Shown one piece after another: positions 25,032 to 38,268 of a DNA stretch of 64,000 bases. A program made the position numbers and the translations under genes. Below the pieces are notes generated by a model. That model was given only the letters and a program-made list of their open reading frames with translations, had not been told where the DNA came from and made no database searches. The first letter of the stretch is position 1. Each line of letters starts with the position of its first letter. The DNA is taken from positions 21,206,001-21,270,000 of the forward strand of contig CM075989.1 of assembly GCA_038087875.1 (NCBI GenBank), given 5' to 3'. This stretch comes from Malacoraja senta (Eukaryota).

Positions 25032-25926
25032 CAGAGTACAGCTACGATAAGAGATTAACATTTAGCACAAGGTAAAGCCGCCTTCACTTTAACGTTTTTT
25101 TTGCGGTCCCCACCTGCTTTCTTCTCCGTAACTCCTTGCTTCTCTGCTCTGGTTGTTCGGCACGGAGTTATTTTCTCTTTTACTTTCAATGTTTCCCTTT
25201 CCCTCTGTGTTCCATTATGAGCATGCCAAAGTGAAATGAGTTAAATAATACATTTATGTTCAATGAAACAACAATAAAGCCACACAGATGTTATGAGATA
25301 TACATGATTTTCACGGTTAGACTTGAGCAAGTGTTTGAAATAGTTCCATATCCTGCACAGCAGCAAATGTCAGTATTAATCTACTTTAATAAAATCACAT
25401 TGGAATTGACTGCTCAATGTTACCTTTTGTTGATTTTGCGCTCGGAGTTTAACACTGACGGAGTTTTAAACTCTCTCTGTTATTCATCATGCCAATAATT
25501 CCTCTGAATTATATTTATCATCGGTTTAATTTATTCGCGACCGACAAATTTTTACCAATTGTCCAACGAAGGAAATTTAAAAGTGTCACTTTTTTATTCG
25601 AAGGAAAATACCTTTGGATTAGGGCTGACCTACACAGTTGGTAACGCTCTCTAAAAGAAATTGCCATTGATGGCAGCTGACAACTTAACATAAATAGCAG
25701 AGATGTTTATATAAACTGGAAAGTTAATTAATCGACTCAAACTTACTGTAGCCTGAAGGAAATACCAGTGTGTGTCTCCAGCTATGTAGGTCTTCAGCCA
25801 CTAGTGCTATTGAGTCTGAGCTATCATTCTATAGTTGAAGCATAATGATTTTATTCTCAATATAACTAATATTCTGTAATGAAAGTTGAATGTTACTTTT
25901 TTATATGGTTCTTTGATGGTAGCGCC

Positions 25927-26465
25927 TCCTATGAGGAAGGACATTATAGCCATAGAGGGAGTGCAGAGAAGGTTCACCAGACTGATTCCTGGGATGTCAG
26001 GACTTTCATATGAAGAAAGACTGGATAGACTTGGCTTATACTCGCTAGAATTTAGGAGATTGAGAGGGGATCTTATAGAAACGTACAAAATTCTTATGGG
26101 GTTGGACAGGCTAGATGCAGGAAGATTGTTCCCGATGTTGGGGAAGTCCAGGACAAGGGGTCACAGCTTAAGGATAAGGGGGAAATCCTTTAAGACCGAG
26201 ATGAGGAAAAACTTTTTCACACAGAGAGTGGTGAATCTCTGGAACTCTCTGCCACAGAGGGTAGTTGAGGCCAGTTCATTGGCTATATTTAAGAGGGAGT
26301 TAGATGTGGCCCTTGTGGCTAAAGGGATCAGGGGGTATGGAGAGAAGGCAGGTACGGGATACTGAGTTGGATGATCAGCCATGATCATATTGAATGGCGG
26401 TGCAGGCTCGAAGGGCCGAATGGCCTACTCCTGCACCTATTTTCTATGTATCTATGTATCTATAG
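25927..26465 (+). mobile_element. CR1-type LINE 3' fragment (young, open frame)
   Basis: RKDIIAIEGVQRRFTRLIPG...FFTQRVVNLWNSLP...GY-stop. Confidence 0.93.
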
Positions 26466-26618
26466 ATCCCTTCGATGGTGGGGAGGTCAGTACCCATGAT
26501 GGATCGGGCTATGTCCACCACTTTGTGTAGTGCCTTTCATACCTGGGCATTTGGATCAATATGCTCTCTACTGCACACCTGTAGAAGTCCAATATTCAAC
26601 ACACTGAATCTCCTCAAT

Positions 26619-26911
26619 GTTTTAGTTTTAGAGGTACAACGTGGAAACAGGCCCTTCGGCCCACCAAGTCCACGCTGACCAGCAACCCGCCCCCATATAC
26701 TAATTCTATCCTACGCACACTCGGGACAATTTACAGAAGCCAAATGGACCTGCAAACCTGCACGTCTTTGGAGTGTGGGTGGAAACCGGAGCACCCGGAG
26801 AAAACCCACGCGGTCACTGGGAGAATGTGTGCGGACAGCACCCCGTAGTCAGGATGGAACCCGGGTCTCTGGTGCTGTAAGGCATTAACTCTACCGCTGC
26901 ACCACTGTGCC
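26619..26911 (-). mobile_element. HE1-type V-SINE inside a Rex1 fragment
   Basis: Full length. Confidence 0.88.
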
Positions 26912-28391
26912 ATGATCTGAGGAAGTAGAGGCATTGATCAGCTTTCTTTGTGATTGCATCAATGTGCTGAGCCCAGGACAGATCTTCAGAGAAGTTTACG
27001 CATACAGTTTACAGGATGTTCCTCCCTAGAAGCTATCTGTTCTGTGTTACAACAGTGACTTAGTCGTAGAAACATAAAAACATAGAAAATAGGTGCAGGA
27101 GTTGGCCATTCGGCCCTTCCAGCCAGCACCACCATTCTATATGATCATGGCTGATCATCCAAAATCAGTACCCCATTTCTGTCCCTGCGTTTGGCCCATA
27201 TCCCTCCAAAGCCATCCTCTCCGTTCTCTCTGCAATGCGTAAGGGGTGCCTTAATTGTCACGCGACGTACCAGATAGGTGTAGGAAAGCTAAAAGCTATC
27301 CTTGTGTCTCGTTTAAGTTAATAGCACGTAAATACTAGACACTGGAAATAATGGATAAGAATATTGCTCCTCTGAAGTTGTCAGCTCGTGTGTTCTTGGT
27401 TATCACTTTATTTGGAATGTATCTTCAATCATTCTTGATTTCTTCCATAAAAACATATTTATCCTCATTATTGTCCCTTAAGGGAAGGGAGGAGGGGGAC
27501 CTTCGCAGCTGCATGAACATTTATCGCAAGAACAATATGTCTGTGGTTTGCGGAAGAAATGTGGCCTTTTCAGCCCAAGTTCATGAGAGTGAATCATCTG
27601 AGCAGAAATTCAAACTGACGATAAAGGAAAGTTTAAGAAGAGTTCATATCTTTTTTTAAATTTAATTAAGGAACCGAATTACTTTTCTCACCCTTAAAGC
27701 ATAGGATTTTTCCTCCTAATAGATAAATTTGACCAATTCACAACGAGTTGGTCTCCATTTGTCGTCTTTTTGGAATCATATGGTGCAACACAATTGTAAA
27801 AGCTAACTTGTGACTGGGCGAGGGATGGTCAAGATTATAAATAAGATCGCCTTACTTCTTATTTCTTTTTCTTCCTTTTTTTTCTTTTATTCTCTTTTTC
27901 CTATTTTCTACAATTTAACTTTCCTCTTTCACTCTCTATTTTTCTTCTCCACACACTATATATCTCACATTTTTCTATACTTCATCATCTAATTTCTTTT
28001 TCTTTTCTTCTTTATTATAATAAAAAAATAAGAAGCTGTACATAAAATGTATTATGAAAATATGATTGTATACAATTGTACTTCCTTCTAATAAAATTAA
28101 AATATTTAAAAAAAACAAAAAAACCCATAGGATTTAGAAAACTTATATATTTATGTTTGGCGCTGTGTTCATTTTAGACCTCTTGAAGCTATTTTAGCCT
28201 GGGTGTAATGTGCTGAGCGTTGTACGCTGTTGTGGTTCCTTGAGGCGGGGACCGTCACTTGAATTATCAGCTTTACTTTTTCCCAGTGAAATGTTATTAA
28301 GCTTTCAGAGGGACTTTTCCTCCTTTGAGTTATGACAGTAACTCTGGAGGTCTACATATTAAAGGCACGGATATGCTTGCTACATGGAAGT

Positions 28392-28421
28392 ACACACACA
28401 CACACGCACACACACACACAC

Positions 28422-28510
<89 letters not shown>
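28392..28510. repeat. (CA)n microsatellite
   Basis: Seen directly. Confidence 0.98.
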
Positions 28511-28513
<3 letters not shown>

Positions 28514-28772
28514 TTTCTTGTCGGTTTATTTTGTAGCTCCAAGGCAGGTTTTCAGGGTAACAATAAGGGTGAGAGAAATCGAGGCAGAATTACGCAACCT
28601 TATCTTCAGTCAGTTCTGAGACCCACTTCTTCCTCCCGCTGAAATAAAACAGATCGCTGCTGCGTTGATTCACGACTGGGCAATTTTGCGGCACGCTCTC
28701 ATTCAGTCTCAAGTCTACAGTGTTGTTCCTGTCCATTGGAATAACGTCACGCAAATAACTCGCCTATCTTTA

Positions 28773-29090
28773 TGGGCGGCACGGTGGCGCAGCGGTAGAG
28801 TTGCCGCCTCACAGCACCCGAGACCCGGGTTCGATCCTGACTACGGGTGCTCTCTGTACGGAGTTTGTACGTTCTCCCCGTGAGCTGCGTGGGTTTTCAC
28901 CGGGTGCTCCGGTTTCCTCCCACACTCCAAAGGCGTACAGGTTTGTAGGTTATTTTGGCTTCGGTAAAAAAAAAAGTAAACTGTTCATAATGTGTGTGTA
29001 GGGTGGTGCACAGGGATCGCTGGTCAGCCCGGACTCCGTGGGCCGAAGGGCCTGTTTCCGCGCTGTATCTCTAAACTAAACTAAACTAAA
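28773..29090 (+). mobile_element. HE1-type V-SINE
   Basis: Full length. Confidence 0.92.
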
Positions 29091-29169
29091 TTTTACGCAT
29101 TACCCAAACTGTGTAGAATGGAGTTGAAAGCTTAGAGCATGGCTGGGCTGTATGTTCCTCAGTGTTTTA

Positions 29170-29400
29170 CAGGCACCCACCACTCTCTGCGTGAAAAACA
29201 TGCACGCACATCTCCTTTGAACTTTGCCCCTCTTACCTTAAAGTTATGTCCTCTAGTCTTTGATATCTCACCCTGAGAAAAAGGTTCTGATTGTCTACCC
29301 TGTCTATGTCTCTCATAATTTTAGATATACTTCAATCAGGTCTCCCCTCAGCCTTCGATTCTCCAGAGAACTGAGGTTTGGCCAGCTTCTCCTTGTAGCT
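29170..29400 (-). mobile_element. CR1-type LINE fragment (diverged)
   Basis: Similarity to other CR1 copies. Confidence 0.7.
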
Positions 29401-30520
29401 AGACAGAAAATGCTGGAGTAACTCAGCGGGTGAGGCAGCATTTATGGAGAGAAGGAATGGGCGACGTTTCGGGTCTATCTTCGGTTTAAACCAGCATCTG
29501 CAGTTGTTCCCTAACCATTATCTGTCGCACTGGCTCAGTTTTTCTCTCTCCACTCTACTTCATTCCCTGCATGTGAGCATGTGTGCCTATCTAAAAGTCT
29601 CTCAAATGCATCTATCGTATCTCCCTCCGACGCCACTCCTGGTAGCGCGTTCCAGGCACCCACCACCCTCTGGGTAACAAAACCTGTGGGCTGAAGGGCC
29701 TGTTTCCATGTTGTACAGTTCTATGTTCTATAATTAAGCCTTGGTTGGTGTGGGACTCCAAGAGTAGCAACGCTAGCCAATATGGTAGCGGCCCGTGAGT
29801 GTTCCTTACAAGCCCTGATGGTAAAGTCAGAGAGGTCAGGACATCAGTCTTTTATTGCAGATTCACCACGCATTTTCCCTGCTGGAATTAAAGCATCAGC
29901 CCCTGCGTAAAATTATTAATAATGCAAAATATTAAAAATCCCTCAATCTTTTCATCCCGAATCTTATCTAAACCAAAACTCCAGCTTTTTAAACTTTGGA
30001 AATTGCATACGGATTCAAGGTTAGTCATACATCACATCAGAGCAGAGCCTTTAATATTTATTAAATCATGAATAATGTTATTGTCGAGTTTCCTGATTAA
30101 AGAAAATTGCATCTGTATGTTATGATTTAATCTGCATCATTTTGTGGTTCAATCTATCCGACATTTTAATGGACAATTGTATTCATGAAAATCACCTCAG
30201 GTTCCTGAATATAGAGGGAGCTCTCCGTACACTTACTGATACGTTTCAGACAGTTCCCTTGTTCATGCTTTTTTATTTCTGTGTACAGACTGTTGGGGGG
30301 GGGGTGGGGGGGGTCACAGTCTTGCCCCGAATCACCCACACAACCCCTAACCACACTCCCCCTCCCGATGATATCACTGCAGGAGAAGATTTGCGCTAGA
30401 CCACCGCTGCCAGGCTGGGTCCGGCCCAAAGTTTCTTCCACGTCTATTAATGCAAAATGGAAACAAGAGAGCGGGGCCTCTGGAGATCATGCCTGCGTCT
30501 CCCTTTGCGCCACAACCCCG

Positions 30521-30835
30521 GGGGCACAGTGGCGCAGCGTTAGAATTGCTGCCTCACAGCGCCAGAGACCCGGGTTCGATCCCAACTACGGGTGCTGTCT
30601 GTACAGAATTTGTACGTTCTCCCCGTGACCTGCGTGGGTTTTCTCCGAGATCTTCGGTTTCCTCCCGCACTCCAAAGGCGTACAGGATTGTAGGTTAATT
30701 GGCTTGGTATAAGTGTAAATTGTCCCTAGTGTGTGTAGGATAGTGTTAGTGTGCAGGGATCGCTGGTCGGCGCGGACTCGGTGGGCCGAAAGGGCCTGTT
30801 TCCGCGCTGTATCTCTAAAACTAAAAAACTAAAAA
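30521..30835 (+). mobile_element. HE1-type V-SINE
   Basis: Full length. Confidence 0.92.
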
Positions 30836-31001
30836 CACTTGGACACGTCTATGAGTAGATTGGCACATGGATATGCTAGGAATGAAAGGGTAAGGAGTAT
30901 GGTTAGGTAGATGAGTTTATTTTACCTTGGCATTAAGTTTGACATGGGCATTGAGGGCTGAAGGGCCTGTTGTTGTGTTGTTGTATTTTATATGTTTTGA
31001 G

Positions 31002-31262
31002 TTTTAGTTTTAGAGATACAGCATGGAAACAGGCCATTCGGCCCACCAACTCGCTGACCATCGATCGCCCGTTCTCACTTTATGCCACTTTTTTATCCAC
31101 TCCAGACACATAATGTTACAGAGGCCAATCATGCACGTCTTCGTGATATAGGAGCACAGAGAGAAGGTGCAAACACCACACAGACAGCACCTGTGGTCAC
31201 AATCGAACCAGGGTCTCTGGTGCTGTGAGGAAACAGCTCTACTAGCTCCACTGTGCCACCCT
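31002..31262 (-). mobile_element. HE1-type V-SINE (diverged)
   Basis: Consensus match. Confidence 0.8.
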
Positions 31263-33000
31263 GAATGTTCGAGTTCTCTAGGACAGAGAAGCCACACTTG
31301 CTGATGAGAAGCATGTCTGCAAAAAATCAACCCTTTCCTCAAAGATAGACACGAAATGCTGGAGTGACTCAGCGGGTCAGGCTGCATCTCCGGAGAAAAG
31401 GAATAGTTGACGTGTTGGGTTGGGTCTCTACCCGAAATGTCACCTATTCCCTTTCTCCAGGGATACCGTCGGGGTGTATGAGAAGAAGGCAGGAGAATGG
31501 GGTTCGGAAGAAGAGATATATCAGCCATGACTGATTGGCGGAGTAGACCTGAAGGGCCGAATGGCCTAATTCTGCTCCTATCACTTATGAACTCGTGAAC
31601 AAGCTTATGAACTATGCTGCCTGCCCCGGTGAGTTACTCCAGCATTTTGTGTCTATCTTCAGTGTAAACCAGCATCTGCAGTTCCTTCTTACACAACATT
31701 TTTCCTCCAAAGACTTATCATCTGCGCCATCTTGTAAGAATCGTCCCGAGACCGGCTTGGAGCCCACTCCAGCTACCATTTTATCTTTAATATTTCAAGT
31801 TGTACATAACGCAGTGTCACGAGATAATCAAATGTAGATTACAGCTGGGCGCCAATTGGAAATGCACTTTACAAGCGGCCTCACTTCCTCCCCGCAATGA
31901 ATTGATACATTGAAGTAAAACAAAAAGGCATTTGTGAGCGTTTCAGTTGAAACACCAAACACCTATCAAAACAAAGAATGTGAAGGCTGAACAACTAATG
32001 GGATCTGGGTGGTTAGGGAGAGTGGGTTAATGTTAAGTTTCCAAGCTCCGAGCCCTTTAGGCATACACCTGGTGTCAGGTCATGTTACAATGGCACTCCC
32101 AAGTCTACAGGTCAGGACCTGGTTGCTGACAGAACCCGAACTCTCAGCATGCCTCCAAACCACTGCTGTAAGACAGGCCTGTCAAACCCTGCTCCGATTT
32201 TTACAATTGCGTTTCGCCTACATGCTGGCATCTTTTTTTTTCTCTAATTGTGGAGGTGCAGAGGCAGCTTTCTTTACACCTCTCGCTGAAGATAGGACCT
32301 GTATGAATATGGTCAGGATTGCTTGTCGAAGAGCGTTTAACGAACAACAAAAAACAACTCGGGTATATGTTCCAATCAGTCACTATCTTCTCTTGCAGTG
32401 ACATTTATGGGAAATGTGTTCGGCAAAGTTTAGGGAGGGTTCAGCATTCCTGGCTGATTCCAGTCATTAACCATATCATTGCCGAATCCCCTCGCACGCT
32501 CGCAAAATGTCCGGGCAAACTGCATTTCACAAACAGGATAACAAGTGTTAGGGGGGTTATGGGGAAAAGGCAGGAGAATGGGGTTAGGAGGGAGAGATAG
32601 ATCAGGCTTGATGGGCCGAATGGTCTAATTCTCCTCCTATCACTTATGGCCGTATGAACTTATGAACACAGCTAAATTAGTTTAGTATTCTTTGTTGTCA
32701 CGTGTACCGAGGTACAGTGAAAACATTTGTTGTTGCGTGCTAACCAGCCAACGGAAAAACCTTACATGATTTCAATCAATCTGTCCACAGTGTACGGTTA
32801 CAGGATAAAGGGAATAAGGTTTAGTGCAAGATAAAGTCCAGTAAAGTCAGATTAAATTAGTTGTTGATATTATTATTATTATTAGACATTAGTTAATGTC
32901 TGAAGAAGGGTCCTGACACAAAAGGTCTCCTCTCCATGCTCTCCAGAGATGCTGCCTGACCTGCTGAGTAACTGCAGCACTTTGTATCCGAACAGTGTTA

Positions 33001-33632
33001 GGGTGGCACGGTGGTGCAGTGGTAGAGTTGATGCCTTACAGCGCCAGAGACACGGGTTCGATCTTGACTACGGGTGCTTGTCTGTACAAAATTTGTACAT
33101 TCCCCCCCGTGACCTGCGTGGGTTCTCTCCAGGATCCCCGGTTTCCTCCCACACTCCAAAGACGTACAAAAAGGTTTGTAGCTTAATTGGCTTGGTATAA
33201 TTGTAAATTGTCCCTCGTGTGTGGGATAGTGTCATAGCCCTGTCCCACTGTCCGAGTTCATTCAAGAGTTCTCCCGAGTTTCCCCTGATTCGAACTCGGA
33301 GATTTACGGTAATGGCCGCTCGTAGGTACTCGGGGCTCTTGTGGACATTTATCAACATGTTGAAAATTTTTCATGAGTCTTCCCGAGCTTACCGCGTTTC
33401 CCGAGTACCTGCCGTTAGCGTTACGAGCCGCTAAGAGACGTCCCAGAGCTCCGACGTACCCGCTACGTACATTCTACGTGCTTACCACGAGTTTGATTTT
33501 TTTTAAAACTCGGGAGAGCTCTTGAATTAGCTCGTACAGTGGGACAGGGCTATAAGTGTGCGGGGATCGCTGGTCGGCGTGGACTCGAAGGACCTGTTTC
33601 CCTGCTGTATCCCCAAACTAAAACTAAATTAA
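33001..33632 (+). mobile_element. HE1-type V-SINE split by a MITE
   Basis: Segments 33001-33234 and 33553-33632. Confidence 0.88.
33235..33552. mobile_element. MITE, same family as 6223-6551, opposite orientation, inside HE1
   Basis: TIR tagccctgtcccactgt / acagtgggacagggcta. Confidence 0.88.
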
Positions 33633-33951
33633 AGAGTTAACTCTCTGTCACATGCTCTCATCTCACAATGCCTATTAAAGTTCATGTACTTCCCCATTTC
33701 TGAAATTCATTTCTACTGAACTCAATAAAACTAAACTTTGGAGCCTATATAAAACGCAGATACACACCATTGTAAACACACTTATTTAACACTTGTTAAT
33801 GAAGGCAACTTTCTACATATATATAAAAACTTCCATCAAACATTAGTGGAAATTGGGATTTTCCCCAGAAAAGTTAGAAGGCGGAGTCCACATATTTGAC
33901 GATTTAAGTGCGCTGCATGTTGGATTTTGTTTCCTGGAAGATGTGGATGGT

Positions 33952-34230
33952 TCAGAGATATAGCAGGCAAACAGGCCCTTCGGCCCATCTAGTCCCCGCC
34001 AGCCGACCACACTAGTTCTGCGTGTTATCCCACTTTCTCATCCACTCCCTACACACTAGGGACAACTTTACAGAGGACAATTAACTTACAACCCCGCACG
34101 CCTTTAGGACGTGGGAGGAAACTGGGGAATCCGGTGAGAACGTGCAAACTCCACACAGACAACACCCGGGGTCGGGATTGAACCTGGGCCTCTGGTGCTG
34201 TGAGGCAGTGGCTCTACCAGCTTGTACCAC
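33952..34230 (-). mobile_element. HE1-type V-SINE (diverged)
   Basis: Consensus match. Confidence 0.8.
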
Positions 34231-34654
34231 CTTCACCGCCTAGATGAAGGGAGGAGGAGCTCTGCAGAAGATGTTCTAGAGTGTCAGGTCAGACTGGTGA
34301 TTATTTTATGACTGGCATTTTTAGCTAAATATAAGGTGACAATCATATCAACTCCAGCATGTGTATTGAAGCTTTTTAAATTGGCATTTTATTACAGAGT
34401 TGTGAGCAACATGTAACAAGTACAGGCAAATATGACTGCATTTCACACATGTATTGGTTTTGCTGGAAAGTATATAGATTGGCCAGGCACGGTGCCAAGG
34501 TGCACAGGGACCATTGAGAGCAATCAAAGCAGCTATCAGTTCAAGCCAGAAAGCTTTTCAACAGTATTCAGAGGAGTGCTGTTCAGTTCTGAGTGTTGGT
34601 CTTTGAGGGAACACAGCACAAATGTCCTCCTGATTCAATATTACTGATTGCATG

Positions 34655-34912
34655 TCGCGTTGACACCTTTCCCTCAGCAGACAATGAACCATTCTGCATT
34701 TCCTTATCAGCGTCTGCTTTGATCTGCCCTTTTCACACCTTACCCTTCCATATCTCTAGACTCCCTCTCCCCTGACTCTCAGTCGGAAGTAGGGTATTGA
34801 CCCGAAACATCACCCATTCCTTCTCTCCAGAGATGCTGCCCATCCCGCTGAGTTACTCCAGCAATTTGTGTCTGTCTTCAGTGTAAACCAGCATCTGCAG
34901 TTCCTTCCTACG
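34655..34912 (+). mobile_element. Penelope pLTR/3' UTR solo copy
   Basis: Matches the 3' ends of the other Penelope remnants. Confidence 0.75.
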
Positions 34913-35219
34913 CAAAATAGAACTCACAGAACCTAGCGAGTTAAGTTATTAGGAGTGTTCCGTGAATTTTGCCTTCTCGTCCCTTGAGTTTGGAGATGAA
35001 GGGTGATCAGATCAAGGCACCTGAAATGTTAAAAGGATTTTTGAAAAGATTGGTAAAGGAGAAATCAAGAACAAGGGCCTTTTCCCTTGAAGCAAGAGGT
35101 TGGGAATTCTTAGGGGAGAGCAGGAAATTTACAGAGATTATGGAAAATGGAGGGTTCTCCTTCAAAGTAACGGCACATCCTCCAAGGTTGAATTGTTTGA
35201 GGGAGAAAGACATTAGAGA

Positions 35220-35790
35220 TGCCACACTTGTCGCTTTACCTCCCCCCTTGACTCCATCCAAGGACCTAAACAGTCTTTTCAGGTACGACAGAGGTTCACC
35301 TGCACCTCCTCCAACCTCATCTATTGCATCTGCTGCTCTAGGTGTCAGCTGCTCTACATCGGTGAGACCAAGCGTAGGCTTGGCGATCGCTTCGCCCGAC
35401 ACCTCCGCTCGGTTCGCATTATCTAACCTGGTCTCCCGGTGGCTCAGCACTTCAACTCCCCCTCCCATTCCGTTCTGTCCTGGGCCTTCTCCATGGCCAG
35501 AGTGAGTCCCACCGTAAATTGGAGGAGCAGTACCTCATATTTTGCTTGGGTAGTCTACACCCCAGCGGTATGAACATTGACTTCTCCAATTTCAGGTAGT
35601 CCTTGCTTTCTCCCTCTTTCCCCTCCCCTTCCCAGCTCTCCCACTGCCTCCGCCTCTTCCTTTCTTCTTCCCGCCCCCCACACCCCCACATCAGTCTGAA
35701 GAAGGGTCTCCACCCGAAATGTCACCTATTCCTTCGCTCCATAGATGCTGCCTCACCCACTGAGTTTCTTCAGCATTTTTATTTACCTAG
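35220..35790 (+). mobile_element. Penelope-like 3' fragment (GIY-YIG remnant plus pLTR)
   Basis: Homologous to 14375-14956. Confidence 0.88.
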
Positions 35791-35812
35791 GAATTTTACC
35801 AGATAAGACACA

Positions 35813-36335
35813 AGTTCACACAAGTTGTAGGAGTAGAATTAGGCCATTTGGCCCATCGAGTCTACTCCGCCATTCAATCATGGCTGATCTCTGCCTCCTA
35901 ATCCCATTCTCCTGCCTTCTCCCCATAACCCTTCACACCCGTTCTAATCAAGAATTTGTCTATCTCTGCCTTAAAAATATCCACCATCTTGGCCTCCACA
36001 GCCCTCTGTGGCAATGAGTTCCACAGATTAACTACCCTCTGACTGAAGACGTTCCTCCACCTCCTTTCTAAAATAGCGCCCTTTAATTCTGAGGTTATGA
36101 CCTCTGGTCCTAGACTCTCCCACCAGTGGAAACATCCTCTCCACATCCACTCTATCTATGTCTTTCATTATTCTGTAAGTTTCAATGTGGTCCCCCCTCA
36201 ACCTTCTAAACACCAGCGAGTAGCGGCCCAGTGCTGTCAAACGCTCATCATACGCTTACCCACTCATTCCTGGGATCGTTCTTGTAAACCTTCTCTGGAC
36301 TCTTTCCAGAGCCAGCAAATCCTTCCCCAGATATG
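35813..36335 (-). mobile_element. CR1-type LINE 3' fragment
   Basis: YSLVFRRLRGDHIETYRIMK...SQRVVNLWNSLP. Confidence 0.9.
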
Positions 36336-36382
36336 TTCCTAGGGATATAAAAGAAAGGTGAGAGAATGGATTGAGAAATAGA

Positions 36383-36770
36383 GGCCGCAGTCTATCTGAG
36401 TGGCATCATCAAGGACCCACACCATCTTGGCCACACACTCATCTCCCCGCTGCCTTCAGGTAGAAGGTACGGGAGCCTAAAATCTGCAATATCCAGGTTC
36501 AGGAACAGCCACTTCCCCACAGCCATCAGACTATTAAACTCAACTGAAACAAAAATCTGAACTTTAATAGCCTATTGCACTGTATCTGGTTATTTATGTG
36601 TGTATATATATATTTTATGGTATATGGGCACACTGATCAGTTCTGTATTTATTTATGCCTATAATATTCTGTTGTGCTGAAGCAAAGCAAGAATTCCATC
36701 GTCCTATCTGGGACACATGACAATAAACTCTCTTGAATCTTGAATCTCTTGACTCTCTTGAATCTTGAAT
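36383..36770 (+). mobile_element. Rex1/Babar-type 3' fragment
   Basis: IIKDPHHLGHTLISPLPSGRRY; (ttgaatc)n tail. Confidence 0.82.
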
Positions 36771-36908
36771 CTTGGTAGGGCTTGCTCAGTGTGTCAAACA
36801 GGTTGTTCCTGTTTATATGTTCATAGCTCGAAGCCTACAAGGGTCATGTTTAAAATTTCACTCAGCAAAGCTTCAGGTCAAAATTATTTCAACAAAACTG
36901 TTCAGTTT

Positions 36909-37195
36909 ATGTTTAGTTTAAAGATACAGCATGGAAAGAGGCCCTTCGGCCCACCAAGTCCGCACCGACCAGCGATCCCCGCACATTAACGCTATCCTAC
37001 ACACACTAGGGACAATTTTACCAAGCCAATTAACCTACAAACCTGCACAGCTTTGGAGTGCGGGAGATCCCGGAGAAAACCCACGCGTGGCAGGGAGAAC
37101 GTACAAACTTCGTACAGACAGCACCCGTAGTCAGGATCGATCCGGGCCCCTGGCGCTGTAGGCAGCAACTCTACCGCTGTGCCACCGTGCCGCCC
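36909..37195 (-). mobile_element. HE1-type V-SINE
   Basis: Full length. Confidence 0.9.
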
Positions 37196-38234
37196 TAACT
37201 GACTATATTGTTCGGGAAGGGCCATATCACTTTCATACTTTATGTTGGGCTTTTAACTGATATAAAACCTTGCTTGTAACAAGTAGATTGACATAACTTT
37301 TAATCTCAGTCTGAAAGTACTTCGATGACAAGTTTTAACATGTTGCTTATTTGTAGATCACAATATTATTGTGTGGATCGGGGCCATTTCATGAAAGATT
37401 CCATCTAGAAAACATTTGCCCTGTTTCCAAGTTCCAGAAATATTAATATTCAGTTTCCTTGAAGAAGTATTTTGGATTTTTTTCAGTATTTGTAATTAAG
37501 TTACTTATTCCAATAAAACAGTCACTGATAATAATTTGCTTTTCAATAATGTGTGCAACGAGAGAAATAAAATGGACAAAGCATTTCGCAAAACGTGCTG
37601 AAAAGCAACATTTGACACTTGCCACATTAGGAGATAAGGGTTTGGTCAAAGAGATGTTTTTAAGGAGCTATCTAAAGATAAGTATCGATAGGGAATGTTT
37701 ACATTTTTATATAGTTCCTTTGCAAACGATGACGGTATTATTTAGCTCTTTTTCAACAGTCACAAAGATTTGTGGTGAATGCATTTCTATCATTAACAAA
37801 CAGCAGGATAGCACTGGTTTAAATAAAAGCTGGAAGGCATGGATGACAACCATAACAATGAACATTAAACTTTAATTATATGTCTTTTCTAAAATGATGA
37901 TACATCCATTCAGTTAAAGTTGAATACATTTTACAGCGTAAGGAACATTAGACACCTTTTGTGATGTTTGCGTCGCATAGATAGTTAAAGTTTGGACCAA
38001 TTCAAAATTGGTTGAGCAAAAAAGAAAAAAAATGATATAGAAATATTTCAATGTATGAGGAAGATCATTAATTCTTTCTCATCTTGTACACTGGTTAGTA
38101 CCTCTTTACTGATCTAAAGTCAGCACTGGACACTGTGTAGGAAGGAACTGCAGATGCTGATATTACACCGAAGATAGACACAAAATGCTGGAGTAACTCA
38201 GCAGAACAGGCAGCATCTCTGGAGAGAAGGAACG

Positions 38235-38268
38235 GGCGACGTTTCGGGTCGAGACCCTTCTTCAGACT
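38235..38268 (-). ncRNA. Minimal hammerhead core in solo pLTR (38135-38335)
   Basis: Intact CUGAAGAAGGGUCUCGACCCGAAACGUC. Confidence 0.6.

Noticed and set aside
25886..26365. 159-aa ORF (and 60812-61321) as host CDS
   Set aside because: These are C-termini of CR1-type ORF2 in 5'-truncated insertions
32009..32401. 130-aa ORF in unique sequence (also 37459-37875)
   Set aside because: No recognisable domain or splice context; length is compatible with chance
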